64,000 nt of DNA from Balanoglossus misakiensis (taxonomy: Eukaryota > Animalia > Hemichordata). The notes beneath the pieces are model-generated. The model ran no database searches. It was not told the origin of the DNA and saw only the letters and a program-made list of their open reading frames with translations. A program made the position numbers and the translations under genes. Below are positions 27,329 through 42,300 of the stretch, piece after piece (the first letter of the stretch is position 1; every line of letters starts with the position of its first letter). Where the stretch lies: positions 1,346,886 to 1,410,885 of the forward strand of contig CM082597.2 of the NCBI GenBank assembly GCA_040954595.2. Direction: 5' to 3'.

Positions 27329-30300
27329 CTGTAACAAACAAACAAACAGACATTAGCAAGGCACTTGTGATTTTCGTTTTGGTCAATATACCATCTATTC
27401 AAAATGATGAAATCAGACGCTTTCATTCTATGTTCATGCCAGAACTTGAGAAAGAATTTCAATGTCATGTGCCGTTGGTCAACTGTTTTTTTTCTACCCC
27501 AACTAGCCCCTTGAAGGTCACTAATTACAAGTCTATACACTATTGGCATGCATGTCTATAGTACATCCATGGGGGAAGACAAGACTTCCATTCACACACT
27601 ATACTCCATGGGGAAGGGACAATATACAATCCATTCACAGCCCTGTAGGCGGTACAATGCAATTTGTTTAGCTTTACAATGCTAGTAAAATCTCAAAGAG
27701 ATTTGTTGTGTAACGTATGCAAAGAAGGTAATTAATTGCCGGTTAGGACTTGACAAAGAACACACTTGCATCTCACAGGATGATCTGAAAAAGACTTCCA
27801 CTGTCTCTTTATTCAAACGTATGCACAGGTTGCCGTGTTTTGTGTTTGCCTGACCTTCAAACTCAGGGCCCTCCTAACAAGTCACCATCTCAAATCATTA
27901 CACTGAATCAACAACTGCTTTTGTAATTCACATTTTAGAATGTTTGAGGACATAATTACAGTCTACTTAAATCAGCAAATACAATTATCTGTAATGTGTG
28001 AATGTTTGTCGCAAATGTTTATTTTAGCTGGAGCATAAACAATTTTAAATCAGTTACAACCAAAGGCAGAATTTTGACTTTACTTGTTTATTAAGAATCA
28101 TGAATATTCATTCAGTTTGTCAATTAGCTCAACTCCTGGCCTCTCTCGTTTTCTAGTTATTCAGAAGTCCTGTTCGTGACTTACAAATCCCTCATGATGG
28201 TCCAATTTGTTGGTGTTGTTGTGTGATGTCTCAAGGATTCAGGAAATACATTTTGTTCTCAAAACAGACCTCACAGTTTCATTGTCACGACTCGACTTCG
28301 TGAAGGGAAATGAAGTCATAACTTGTAAAGGTTGGTCATCAGAAGACTTATCGGTCTCTTCGTCTATGAAAACAACCGGTAATTGGGCCAGCAAGTGTTG
28401 TTGTTTGTTTGTCTGACGACTTGGCTTTGATTGCCAAGGGGCTACCAAGCAGTAAGCTATTAGCTGTTCAAACAACCTTGAGAAAGTAGGGCTAATGCAA
28501 CAACAAACACTTCACAAAAAGGACTTAATTTTTTTTAAACTTTTGGAGTTGCACTAATATGTGCTGCACTGTGACATGTTATGTGCTGTGCACAGTAATG
28601 TGGTGTTTAATGTGCTGCAGTTTTAGTGAGATATCCAAAATGTTGTGTATTGCAATGTGCATGTGGACTGCAACTTTCAGTGTCATGATTGAAAATTGAA
28701 ACGCAAGTCGCTACTGTGCTCCTGTGCTAGGAAGTGATTTAAACAAACCATGTGCAGAACACTACATGCTAAGGTATGGCTCTCGTGTAAATTTACACTT
28801 CAAATACTTTATAGCAGTATTATTCTTGGTCAAAAATAACAAATGATTTAAGTTAAACAAGTGGCAGAAAATCTGCAGAATAAATGGTATGAAATGATTC
28901 TATTTTATCAATTTTATATTTTATCAAAGCTCATTATGATTTTCTTCAGCTGAAATCAGGCTTTCATGTTTATGTTGGTGGGATAACATAGATGTTAGCA
29001 AGCTGTCGGAGAAAAACAGGTTTTGATTTTATGACTCAAAACACACATATGACAGGCACTATACCCCTCCTCTCTCTCGCCAAACTCCCTGGTTCATCCA
29101 AAGTAGTACAGTCTCATGACAATACTAAACTACAGGACTGTACCACTTTGAGTTGTGCATAGGTGGGAGTGGGATGACAGCAGAGGGGCATGTGGCAGTT
29201 GTCATTCAAACCACGAAAAAGGATTATTATTAATTTGAAATAAAAAATAAACACCACCACCAATTTATCCCAACAAAAAATGCCAGAAAGATTTGCCAAC
29301 CTGTCGCCTGTCATAGCTGCTATAATTTGGTGAGCTTGGATTGGAATAATTAGGATAGCCATCTCCTTCATCTATTGGTGGATCGGTGTATCTTGGAGAA
29401 TACTCCTCTGGTGGCTCGTCATAGCGATGACGCTGTGCACTTGCATAGCGGTCGTTGTCATACCTATCATCATACCCACGGTCACTGCTATCGACGTCGT
29501 CGCTGGGCGGTGGGACAGTGGTCATACCGGCCGTGGTCATTTCCACATCAGCTGGGGTGTCACGGTGGGTTGGTCTGATGTAAGGACAAGAATTAGTCAT
29601 TCATCATACATGTAGAAAGATTATTCAACATATTAGCACAGTCATGTCAAATGCATTATTCTGGCGAATATTTATATTAGTAAATTGTAAGCACATACAC
29701 TCATGTATGAGAAAACTGACAACCATTTTAAGTTTTAGACTTACTTGTGGTTGCTGCTTGATGTTCTACCATAGTCATCTATGAGTGAAAAAAAATACAT
29801 GAAAAAAATCAAAAGAGTTAAAGTACAGAAGTACAGAATGAAACATTCCCAAGCCTATTTGTGACTAAATTTACATGTTGGTATACTCATTATTGAGTAA
29901 AATAGTATAAAAAATAGTCAACATGGGTACAGTCAAAAACCAGGTGGTGTTGTTTGTACTCTGGTGTGATCGAATTCCAGATTTCACCAATATGTCTGTG
30001 GCAATTATATCAATCTTACCTTCTTTGGAGTTTCTGTTGCGGAAGAATAACCAGAGTGCCAGAATAACGATCAGCAATACAACGACAGCACAGCCGACAC
30101 TTATTCCAATGATACATCCTGTATCACAACCAGAAGCCCCTGTTAATGGAGCTGTTGTCATGGAAATAAAGCAAAATTCACATTTTAATACATGCAAAAT
30201 ATATACATTGTATACAACTGTACAATGAAACAGTGTCCCTTACATTAGCTGTAACTTGTACCAGCCAATTTCACTGAATTTACCATTTCAAGCGAAGATA

Positions 30301-33300
30301 AAAAAATGTTGTTTTTTCAAATCCAATACACCAGTTGCTAGTTCCAGCATGGATCTGGCTTAACACAGTAAGCAACTTCCAAACTTGGTGAAACATTTCT
30401 TGTGAAGTTTTCAGAAAATGAAAGTCATTGAATAACAATTGTTTATTCTTTTTTAGTTTCAAATGAAAGCAGAGAGAGAAAAACTGTTTATATCCGGGAG
30501 CACCTCTTTCGATAATTCCATGTGGAACTTGCAACTAGTTAAATATATTTTCATATGCAAATAAAAATATTTGAAAGGAACAAAACCACACAACTTTCAC
30601 CTTATTTTGGGTATTTTACTTTCTTTTGATTGCTTAATTATGTTTTTCTGTTTACTGAAATATGCCCAGTAACCAGTTGTTATGAATCAAAACAAACTAA
30701 AACAACCAAAATTATGTCGAAAAATGAGTGACTTTTTCCCGTTAATACACATAGAAATTAAAGCTGCTGAGAGAGTTAATATATGTTAGTACAAAAGTCA
30801 GCATAGTTGTTACAAAAACCCATCTTAAAGAAAACATGCACCAAACATTTAAAGTATAGGACAGAAAAAAGGCACCACAGCAAATTCAGCAAGCAAATTA
30901 AAACACCAACACTTTGTGCCAAGCAGCACACCCCTTCATGCCACCTTCTCATGGAATCATCCCACATTATTCAGTAGAAGGTGGGTCAACACCATGAGAA
31001 GATAAGGGAGAGTGAAGGGGTTGGACAAGAGGCAAGCACAGCATATTATGCACATCGCCTGTATATACACACACAAAACATGGACACCTTGACTACCCCT
31101 ACGAACCACGTGGAATGGTCTACTACACTGTGGATGGGTAATGCTGATGGGGGTAACTTGACTGCATAGCGGGGGTATGTGTGTGTATGGGCAGGGTGGG
31201 GTTTGGGAACTTTTTGGTATCACTGTTTTCATGACCAGCTTCGGATGATCTCGTCGACAACTTGCTACCAAATCTGAATAGTTCTGACAGAATTCTTACA
31301 TGGTTCAGTCCAAACCCATTGTTACCTATGGTAAGGCTGGACCTCTAAAGAGGAAACTTGGGGTGAAAGGGTTAACCATTCTCCACAATTCTCTGTCTAT
31401 GTAAAACAAAAGGCTACATCCCTTCTCAATTTAATTTTCTACAACACCATCAAACACTTTGCAACTTCAAGTGTGACAATAAGCCTACTCCAGAACAAAA
31501 TTGTTGCACACCGCAGACTACTGTCATGTACTGGAAAAGAGAAATGGAATTAGTCACGTGCTAGCGGTACAAACAAAATCATGTGGATAAGCACATACAT
31601 ATGAATGTGCATATTTTTAAGGCCGTTTTTACGCACATGATTTTGTTTGTACCGTGATGTGTTCGAATTCCAGGTTTTGCCTATTCCTCAAAGTAGAAAC
31701 ATTGATGGTTATTTTTGAACTATGTCATTCTTGGACTTTTCATTACACTCTGTATTCTGCTCTTTTCAGATCATCCTTTGTGTGACGTTCTGAGTGAATG
31801 TTTCCCATTCTAATCGATGATATCCCATGCCACCATTATTACTTTATCAATAAGCCAAGTTTTAGTATAAATGTATGATTGACAAGTCAATCACCGAACT
31901 TAAAAAATAGTAGATCAATGACTGAACCAATTAAGAACAACGTCGATGTGACAAAATCTTGAATGTTCATCTTATTATAAAAAATCATTCTACAGGTCAA
32001 TTTATTAATTTGCAAAGCACAACATGTAGTCCTGACCACAACCTGGAAAAAGCATGATCTAATAAATCGAACGTGGATGTAATATGCTTTGATCGAAATC
32101 TGCCTGCTTGCTGCTTCAGGAAGAAAATAGGCTTTTCAAAGGGTCAATAGTGTTAGTGAATCGTGTTAGTTTAGAGGGAGGGAGAGCAACCAAAACAAAA
32201 CAAAACATAAATGAGAATAACATGACAAGGGGGAAAAGAGCGAAGCGTGATAAGATATGACATGACATTACTTTAACCGAGTGGACTGGTTACCCAGGAA
32301 ACCAATGGCGTAGTGTGGGTGAAATTTGATTCTAAACCACTACATTACCATGAAATACATGGTCTTTCTAAAGATGACAAACGTTTTACATGACTGTACA
32401 AGCAAATTACCAAAGTCAAACTTATTACTCAAAAATTTATTGACAAAATAGCTCTGACCTGAAACTATGACCGAATAATTAGCTCTGGATTCTCCTAGTT
32501 GGCAGTAGTATGTTTCGGTGTTTTGTATGCCTACTATTGTTAAAGTTGTTGTGTTTTCAAGACCACTCTCTGGAGTAATTTCATACATATCAGAAGAAGT
32601 GTTTACAGGAGTAAGATCACCCTGAAGCCATTCCCAAATTGTTTCATCGGGGAAAGGTACACTTGCATCAGTTGTACACGTAAGATCAACTGTTTCACCT
32701 TGATTGACTGTTTGGGTGCTATCCGACGAAGTGTATACAGTTGGCGTATCTGTAAACAAAACAATTTGTGGTGCAATTTGATATGAAAAGTGGCAGAAAA
32801 CCAAAAGAAAACAATAAAAACAAAGACAAGATACAAAGTCAACACAAAAATCTATTCTACAATTATCACAAACATAAAAACACTTCAAAATACTTTATTT
32901 CTGAGTTCGACAACAGTAATCTAACAGGATGTAATCTAACAGGATGTGAAACAATTAACTATTTTTATTGGGATAAGTCATCCCTCATTTATGTTTTGAG
33001 ATTTAGTATTAACAGAAACTTTGCCGCTGATATCAGCAGCAGTTGATTTCAAGATTCTTATACTGATGGGTTCTGTGGGGTTCACCTATGAATGATAACA
33101 TGGTATGTTTGTTGAATGATTATTAGTGTGAATTATGCTGTAATTGGTAAATTTTGAAATTCGATGGAGTTGGAGACAACTGTTTATGATACAGGTATTT
33201 TCCACGTAACTGAAACTTAGCTGAAACTTCCACTATCAACAAAACAGATAGAATTCAATAGAAAAAAGGGTCCAAAACTAATATAATTTATATAGCAATG

Positions 33301-36300
33301 TATAGATGCCTATAAATTTTATACACTTTATAGGCTGTTGAATTCTATAACTGTCTATAGTGTTTGTAAGGGTTGTTATGGACTCCAGGGGAGAATATTC
33401 AGATACTTAGAGTATGCCGTCTACAACTACAAGATCAACAGGTAGTTGAGTAAGATTGCTGCTGTGTGAAAAGTGTGTCTAACATTTCAATCTTCAAACA
33501 TTTTAAGCAATGTTGGTAATCCAGTCATTAAAACCCAAACCACATGATCAATCAATTTAATATGGTGTTTGCGTGCCCAGTATATGCTTGTATGTATGTA
33601 TGTATGTATGTGTATGTACAGTATGTTCACATGCCCGGGTATTCTGCAAGAAAATATGTTTCGTCAATACAGATCTTTGTCGTTGTTCTTGCACTGTGCA
33701 TAGACTTACATTTCTTTCTTTCTTTATGTATTTATCTACAAGTTAATATCATAACTGCATTATTTATGTTGTCGTCTACCAAGACCACTATAGTCAGTTG
33801 CATTAGTGATTGTTAGGCTGGGTGATCAACAGTGAAACATGAAAAACTTTAGACGCAGAGTAACACAGCAAGCAGGCTCAAGATTTCACATATGTGTTTT
33901 TGGCTAGTTCCATTGTTGTGTGCAGGGATGGGGGTGAGGGGTATGTTTAATAAAATGCCCAATGTTTTGAGTGATAGTGACGAAGATGTTCACAGTTCTG
34001 GATTTTGTGAGCACACATAGTAAGCTAGCAAGGCTAATGTTTAATAATTTGTGTGCCTTTTGCAGACCAAACAATTTAAAACACAACAGCAGCTGTGATC
34101 ATAGTTTGTGCACGCTGTAACATGCTACAGGTTAATTAACGCATACACCAAAAACAAAACAAAGGACAGAAAAACCTTGCAGGAATTGCAATAGAAATTG
34201 TACACCGAGAATTAAACATGTACATTTTGATTTTATAATAATGATATTATATGTGCTTGTCCTCTTTTGGTGACCTAATTAATTAACAACAGGTACCATA
34301 CACTGAGTCTGACCATGTGATTGATCACCTCTTTAATCAACATGACCTTTGCATAAAATCAAAGGTCAAAGTTTACTGCATTATAATTATCCTGGTTCAC
34401 ATTTATTCCCATGATTGAACCACCATTTACTTGGTAATTATCGGTAATTTCTGATATACCAGTAGAATGTAACGCTGCACTCCATATGATAATGATAAGT
34501 TATTAACAGAACTACACAATGAGATTATAATAATTTCTAACTCAGGTTTCCAAGCCATATTTCCTTTTTCTCATTTGTTATGGTATAATTACTCAGTCAT
34601 TTTGATGGTACAGTCTGCTGTGTCTATGATCTGACTCCACATACCCACAATGCAATCTGATTTCCAATATGGCGGCTCACCCATTTATCACCAATATTTT
34701 CACCTGTCAAGCTTATGCTTATTTTTGTTGTGTGATATGTGTACGTGGATAATTCCTTTTGCTGGTGGTGTCAGTACAATGATATGTGTAAGAACAGATC
34801 TCTGTTCAACAGATGGGGGCAGGATAGTGAGTGACACAAATGGGCCAAGCTGTACGTGGCACAGTGTAAAAAACATTAATCAACACAAAACGCACAAACA
34901 CAAAAGACAGAGACCCCCAGTCCATATCAACAGAAAAGTAGGTCCTGCAGTCAACAAAGCCTGCCCTCAAACAGAACCAAGTGCGTCAATCATCACTATC
35001 GCATCAATACTAGGCAGAGGTCACGGAGTTCGTCTAGGTGTGAGCGTATAAACAGATGACGTCATGTCAGCAGGCTGTACCTAGCCCCATTAACGGAAAC
35101 GCATGACTCATTAGTTCAGGTTAACCCCACACTAGCTATTCTGACAGATACCAAATTTGTTTACTCTGCCAGGAAGGCATTGTATTCTTATCAACTGCCC
35201 CGTGGTTGTGGTCACCTTTGCCAGAATTGCAGGAAGTCACGTAGTCTACCTGTCTTCAAGTTCTACGCAATTTTCCAATCAGACCCTACCCACAGACCGA
35301 TAACTAAATATTTAACAGGTGTTCTCACATACAGGATATGAGCACACTTCCTTACTGTAATTGGCATACTTAGTTTGTTAATAACTTGGCTGATCTGAGT
35401 TATAATTACTGATTTGCAAAAACATTTCTAATTGTAAAGTCATACAATGAACTATACATTTGTATACATTTGTACTTCAGAGAAAATGCATCAAAATGTG
35501 TCGAGGTTTAATTCAACAGAATGGAAATAATTTATTTAGACAGAATAGAAAATCTGATTCAATCATTCTAGACAGCTGCAGAATTTAGTCTTCTAATTTA
35601 TTGTACTTTTTTTCTCCCCAAAAGAATGACTAATTCAATATCTGGCTTGACACACTAGACAGCTTTTTTATTTCAAATGGTTTGCACTCGGTGAGTTTTT
35701 TGTTCTTTTCTTTCAAACAAACGTCTGTGTCTAGAGTTTGCAAAGAAAAGGAACACAGAACAGCTGCAGCAGTGCTCTTACAATGGTTGACTGACCCTAA
35801 ATAAACTCTCATACCCACAGATCTCATATCAGTTGTACTATTTTAGCTTTCACATAGCGTTAGAGCTGTTTATCCCTTAATTCTACCCCAGTTCCCTCTT
35901 CAGAGGTCCCACTTTGCCACAGGACACAATTGATATGGACCAAACCATGGCAGTGAAAGGGTCAGGTTGCATGAAATTATAGCTGATACATGTTCTACAG
36001 TTCCTGCTGATGTGAAATTGTTACTCTTGCTATCTGACAAATTGATATTTCCTCGTTCCTGTCAATCTCAACAAACATATGTTATCAGAGAGTTAGTGGA
36101 TGACAACAATACTGAGATAAATATGGGTAATGAGCATGTGTATGTTTCCGCCTGAAATGTATCAATGTTCAATTGCTGACATATAATATATATATCATTG
36201 TGATGGCTGTACTTCTGTACTTTTAGTTGGGAGTAGACTTCTGGACCCGGAAATAAGGACAAAGGGCATAATTTGAAGTGCTTAAAAATTGTACTTTGCA

Positions 36301-39300
36301 CATATTTGCGTTGAAGCTTTCAACAAGACCATCCCTTTTTCTAAATCCAGAAATTCCTGTCTCATCCAAGCTTGCCAGCAACTCAATAATTTTTTATATA
36401 AAAAACACACATGTATATGAGGAAGAACTTTTATGGTTTATCCTGAAAAATTTGTTAAACTAGAATCACATATGTACATGAGTCAGTAAGATATCACGTC
36501 AGATCCTGGCATCAATATACATCCAGGGTAATTTGCGCAGAATACATTGTCTAGCATTCTTATATAAACCCCCAACACACACAATGAATCAATACACATC
36601 CTTGCTAACACAGACAAAACACAATGTTCTGTTCCATTCACAGAGCCCCACTGTGCTGCATTAATTATTCAAAGCTTATAGTTCCACCCGACAATTGACG
36701 TTGGACAATTTGGAACCTGATGTGGTTCCCATGGCTTACAGTACCAAAGTCGTTTAAATTATTCACTTAATTACACTTTGTTAGGTGTAGTCAAGAGTTC
36801 AAATCTATCATTACAAACACTGCTTGGTAGAACTTTTTCACTTTTTCTTGGATGCAATCTGGCAAGAATAGAATATTAGTCTAATACATTCTGGAAGGAG
36901 ATTAAAAATGGTTCACATACCAGACATTGTACAAATTAAATTGTTTGCTTTTTTACTGTTTATCACTAAACAACTAATTTGAAATTAAATTCTTCAGCGT
37001 TTAATATTTGACTGACCGTCTACATTGCAACGCAGCCCACGCAGGATAATATAATACTGCATTGTACTGACACTAAACCTTCCCTGACCAAGCTTTCAAG
37101 TATAACAACAATTTCAAGAGGTCTCCATTCTACCGTTTTCCCTACTCTGCTAACATTAACAAGGCTATCAGGGAGGGTTTACATATATACATATAGCAGT
37201 CATTGAAAGCTATTGTGCTGGTGGTTATGGTGTTTGTGTTGGCAGAGTTACTGCTGGGCTGTGACCCCAGTCTATTGGCATCACTGCCCTTTCATATACT
37301 TTATGTCCAACCAGTGAAATATATCAGAGGGAACCATTCAACAACTAGAATGCTACTTTTAGTCTAAACACTACAGACAAAGACTGACCCAGTTACCCGT
37401 GAAGTGTAGAATAGAAATGTTTTTCTGGTGTCACTTCTGTGTGGAGACAGCTGTTAGCCAGTTGTACTACTATCGAGTCAACAGCTATGGATTAAATTAT
37501 TCACACAATTCACTGAAACAAGGCTATTGGATAAATTATATCATAATACTTCCATATAATAAGTAAAAAAAAATGTCGCGATCACATAAGCCACGTGTTC
37601 ATGTCGGCATGATTGAGTGAGAAGAGAAGTGCTAACACCCAGCCAGGTGAAGTGTACATGGCCCGAGCAAAGTAAACATTCAGAACATAGTGATTAAGAT
37701 AGAAAATGGTTACTAGGAACAACTGAATTTATTAGTTTTACAGGATCCTCATTAAGATACAAAAAACGTGAAGCAAACATCAAGCCAAACTTGGGCTAGT
37801 CTAGAAGTTCAAATATACAGATATAATTTATGTTCCAAAGTCTTGTGTACGAATTGCATAATGTAGCAGCCTTGATGTTATAAGGCAAGCACATATTAAT
37901 GCACGAACAATGACCACAGAACATCTGTTCCAATCTGCATGGGTCATCAATAGTGTGCATATTGAAGCAACTGTACACTATTGAACCTTTCCACATGTCC
38001 ATTCGATTCAGCTTATCTGATCTGGGACAACGAATCAATATTTCCACCAGAAGGGCCAGTGTTTGACTAACAAGTTCAAGTTTGTAATCCCTTGCAGGTT
38101 TACCATATGGCAACAGTTTGTTTTTTTCTTACTCAGGTTGCCTGAGGCAACACAAATTTTCGAACATTGAACAGAGTACATTAATCAGAGCGTAATGACA
38201 GCTCAGGTCACCAACTGTGACACAGACCAGAGGCAGTGGTAGGCCAGTTTGAAGGAAGGCCCTAACACAAACACAATACTGTCCGGATTGTGGACACAAA
38301 AGCTTACAACTCTACATACTAAGAACTGGGTGCGGCCAGTCTCTTGTCTACGTGTGTCAGACACACCTACCCATTGCCTTATAAGGATCTGAATTAGCGA
38401 TACTCGGGTCATTGATCGTAATCGCACCTTGAAATCGACATACTCATAGATCTGCCAAAAAAGCAGGTTTGTCACTGTGGTAGTAGAAATATGTTGATCA
38501 CAACATGGCCAAAATAGGACTGGCAGATTCCAAATACTGACAGATTCCAACTTCCATATATGATGTTTATGTGATGTGCTGAATATGGACTGCACAGAAA
38601 ATCTGCAGGAAATGCAATCGTTTAACACCAAAACCACCTGTTGACTTTGCCGCGCAGCTTTCATCAATTAAACCGTGTAGACTTCATTTTCACTTTCAAA
38701 AACACTACAGCAACTAAAACACCATGTCATGCATCAACAGACCAAATTTTAAAATGAAACAAACACTAGATCATGAAAGGGGCAAGTCAGCCATAACAAG
38801 AAAGAGGTCAAAAGTACAAACTGCCTGATAAAACACAACAGAGCAATTCTACTGACATTTGACATTTATATGCACAATTTATAAATACACAGTGTTAGTA
38901 AGAAGAATTAAAACATATTTCAGCCTCTACTTCATCTCGCATTGATAGTCATCATAAATATTCAGAATATTTGATCAATTTCTTGATTAATACAACGGGA
39001 TAAATTTAGTTGAACTCTAAATCATTTGGCAGGCTTCAATATGAATTTCAAATTCCAGAAATCCATCATCCTAACAATGAAACTAATGAACTCTCTTCCT
39101 TATTTCCTGTCATGATAAAAACGGTCAATTCTACGAAATGATTTAAGGTGAGTTGAACTCATCTTAAAATCAGTTCACGTAACTTACATCACAATTAGCA
39201 ATATTGCCGCTATACACTTGTTCAGGTTGCTTCTAATGTCAGTGAGTGTATAGCACCACACACTGGTAACATTCAGACACACATACAAGTTACAAAATAA

Positions 39301-42300
39301 GTTTTATTAATAACGACAAATTCATCAACGTTGGTTATGTACAGTCCAGACACAAACTATTAGTTAGTTTTATAGAACAGAAGTAAGAGTGCCATTTGGT
39401 GTAATGTTTAGCTATTTTTCAGCATTTCTTTCATTTCAGCCAAGGAAGTATTGTGGTGGTCTAGCAGTGTTATTGAATTTAAGTCTGATATACTGAGAAA
39501 ATAGCCAAAAGTTACAGATAGTGGAACTTTCAGTCAAGGCAGATGTAAAAACAAACGCGTCAGGAAAAACAACACAACAACCGAGAATAAAAGTGAAGTA
39601 AAGATGGAAGAAAGTCACTCTCTTTTGTCATCATTTTGGTCATTAAAATTTCACGTCAGAATTGTGTTAATATTAAAAATGATATGCAAATGACTCACCA
39701 CTGGTCGGGGCTGGAGGAGTTGCTAGTAGATAGAATGAATAAAACTTATAAATATGATATGCCAAAATAATTATATCATCAATATTTTCACAGATATTGC
39801 ACCTGGTGATGCATGCATGGGATATAAGTTGAACTGGGGATTCGTCATTTTGTGGGAGATTAGAAAAACGCTTTTCAGAAAGTCAAAATAACCAAACTAA
39901 TGTCCAAAGAGTGACTTTTCCAATATGGTGGTGAAGAATAAGAATTTTAATACAAGAAATGTAGTTTTAAAGTTCAGGATGTTAACAGCCTTAAAGCAGT
40001 GCAATGTCTTGTAAAACATAACACAACATTTGCCTCTATGTCCTAAGTAAAAGTATGTTTAAATTCACAAACTATTTTTTTCATACATGTAATATATACA
40101 GATTTCTTTGGAATAAAAATCTCCATTAAATTCTTCAGTACTTTCATACATTTCATACTATAAAACTATGAAATTAGTTTTCTACAAACTCTATCTGTAT
40201 ATTCTATACTGTAGTATATATTTTTATCATTACAGTCTATCTGATTTTGCTCACTAATCTAAAAAACTTTGTCAACATTTTTTAATTTTTTAGGAAGATG
40301 GCAACATTATTTACATTTGTTAAACATTACAAACAAAATATTCTATTTTCAGAAAAAAATATTGCTTTGTGTTTTCTGACTATTTGGCTATGCTAAAACA
40401 TAAAAATTTCTGTTCAATAGCACACGTCGAACAACTTTTAGTTGTAACATTTCTCTGAATTCAGATTTCATATATTTTTGTATTGTGGCAGTAATATTTT
40501 TAGTTATGAAATTGTTTTGATATAACCCTTTTGCTTCATATGATGTAAAATGTAATGTTGATCCTCAATTGTTAAAACTTAAATCATCTGATTTGCAACT
40601 TAAAATTGTTTGAATAATTCAATATATATTGCAGCAATTGATTTTATCTAAAACCCAATGTCACGATTATTGTCGTGGTGAGACCTATGTACATGAAGTT
40701 TGCCATATTCTTGCCAGTTTATAATTTAAAAAATATGTTCATGATTGCTGTATTCCAACTGTGATATGCAATGATTTTTTTTGTAAATGAAATAGTCATG
40801 AAGTAATAACGTTGGCTGAAACTGCTAAAACAGTTACAGTAGTCAAGGTGGTCTTCTGACTAAAGCAAATTGTCGTTGGCTCTGCCATAGCATAACACTC
40901 AATAAGCCTGCGAGAATATAACATAGTTCGCATTAGATTACAGGTTTTAACTGAACGTGTTGGTTTGATTTTGTATTTCTTAAAACGTCGAATATGAATC
41001 TATTTCAGTGTATGAGATGAGTATTAATATATCATGGATATTGGTACTGTGATCTGGATGGTTAGATGATGATTGCATTTAGGAATTAATTGCAGCATGC
41101 ATCATGCACATACTAACAAAGATTTTTTGAGATTTTATTGATGAAAATCCAAATATTCCTTCTCTGTTCTAAAGACATTTTGGGGTCAGAAGTCAACTGT
41201 CAAATTTTTCCCCCCATAGTGATTATAACATATAGCAATCATTCTGAGATAAATTCTAGATAAACTGGATCACTTATTGGTAATTACATTGTGACATTTT
41301 TTATTCTTCCTTATTACTGAACAACAGTGCATGATTTAAATTTTCAAGGTGCACATTTAAGTTTAAAGCTTAGCAGTTGATGTCATAAAAACAGTTTATT
41401 TCTACATCAATGAGTGGATTGTGGGAAACACTAGATATGGAGTGAAATGGTTGCTAAGCTACATGCATAAACATTGGCAATCCAATGTCTACATACGGAC
41501 TATGCTGCTGGCTTTAAATTTAATGAAATTTATTATTTTTTTATCACGACGAAAGCATGTAACAAAAGCATGCAATCTTTATTGACACAATTTACACTGC
41601 CTTACCTCCTTTTGTTAATGACAAAATTCAAGATCCGAATATTGCCATGCTCGAAGTCAGAATACTGTACACAGTGATCATAAGAATCAAGATAGGGCAA
41701 GCAGTCACACCCATGCTAGAAGCTGAATTTATAAACCGAAAATTGCATAGTCTAAGTAGGTGTGGTCATGTAATTTTTTCTGCAGACATCCACATTAAAA
41801 AAAATACTATTAGTATTTTGCATGGCTTAAATTTTCCATGAAATCTGCTTACTTCTTGTGCAAATATTCGGTGCACATATTATATTTGCAAGAAAGGTGT
41901 GGTCATCCATGCATTACTCATGCAACATAATTCAAAATTTCTAACCAATTTTTCATTCTTACATTTGTCATTATTATGACAGGTCCATGGCAAGGAGACT
42001 TAATAGTGGGGGAATATATATCATTATGAATGCAAATATTTGAGGATTTTTTACATGATCGTGTGATGTAATATAATTAAACGTTAGGATGGTGGTTCAA
42101 TCATGAGTATGTTTCACTATAACATCATCATTGAACCTGGCACAGATTCAATTACAAGACTGTCTTTTTATAACTTTTGTTCACGCGGAAGTGTGGTTCA
42201 TTGTGAATGCCAACACATGTACATGTCTGTGCATAAATCTTAGATCAGTGTCCATTGTTTTGCACAATGACATCTCAGTGGACCCATCTCAGTGTGAAAC

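Noticed and set aside
28239-28475. Minus-strand ORF in B's last intron as an alternative terminal exon
   Set aside because: Several competing AG acceptors give different frames and no recognisable motif; it cannot be supported without transcripts.
32277-32331. Possible stalk exon ESNFTHTTPLVSWVTSPL after Ig4 of gene B
   Set aside because: Poor pyrimidine tract and weak donor (GTTAAA); left out of the model.
37796-38667. ORFs of 105 and 154 aa inside B's large intron
   Set aside because: No recognisable domain or coding-like composition; likely chance ORFs or decayed repeats.
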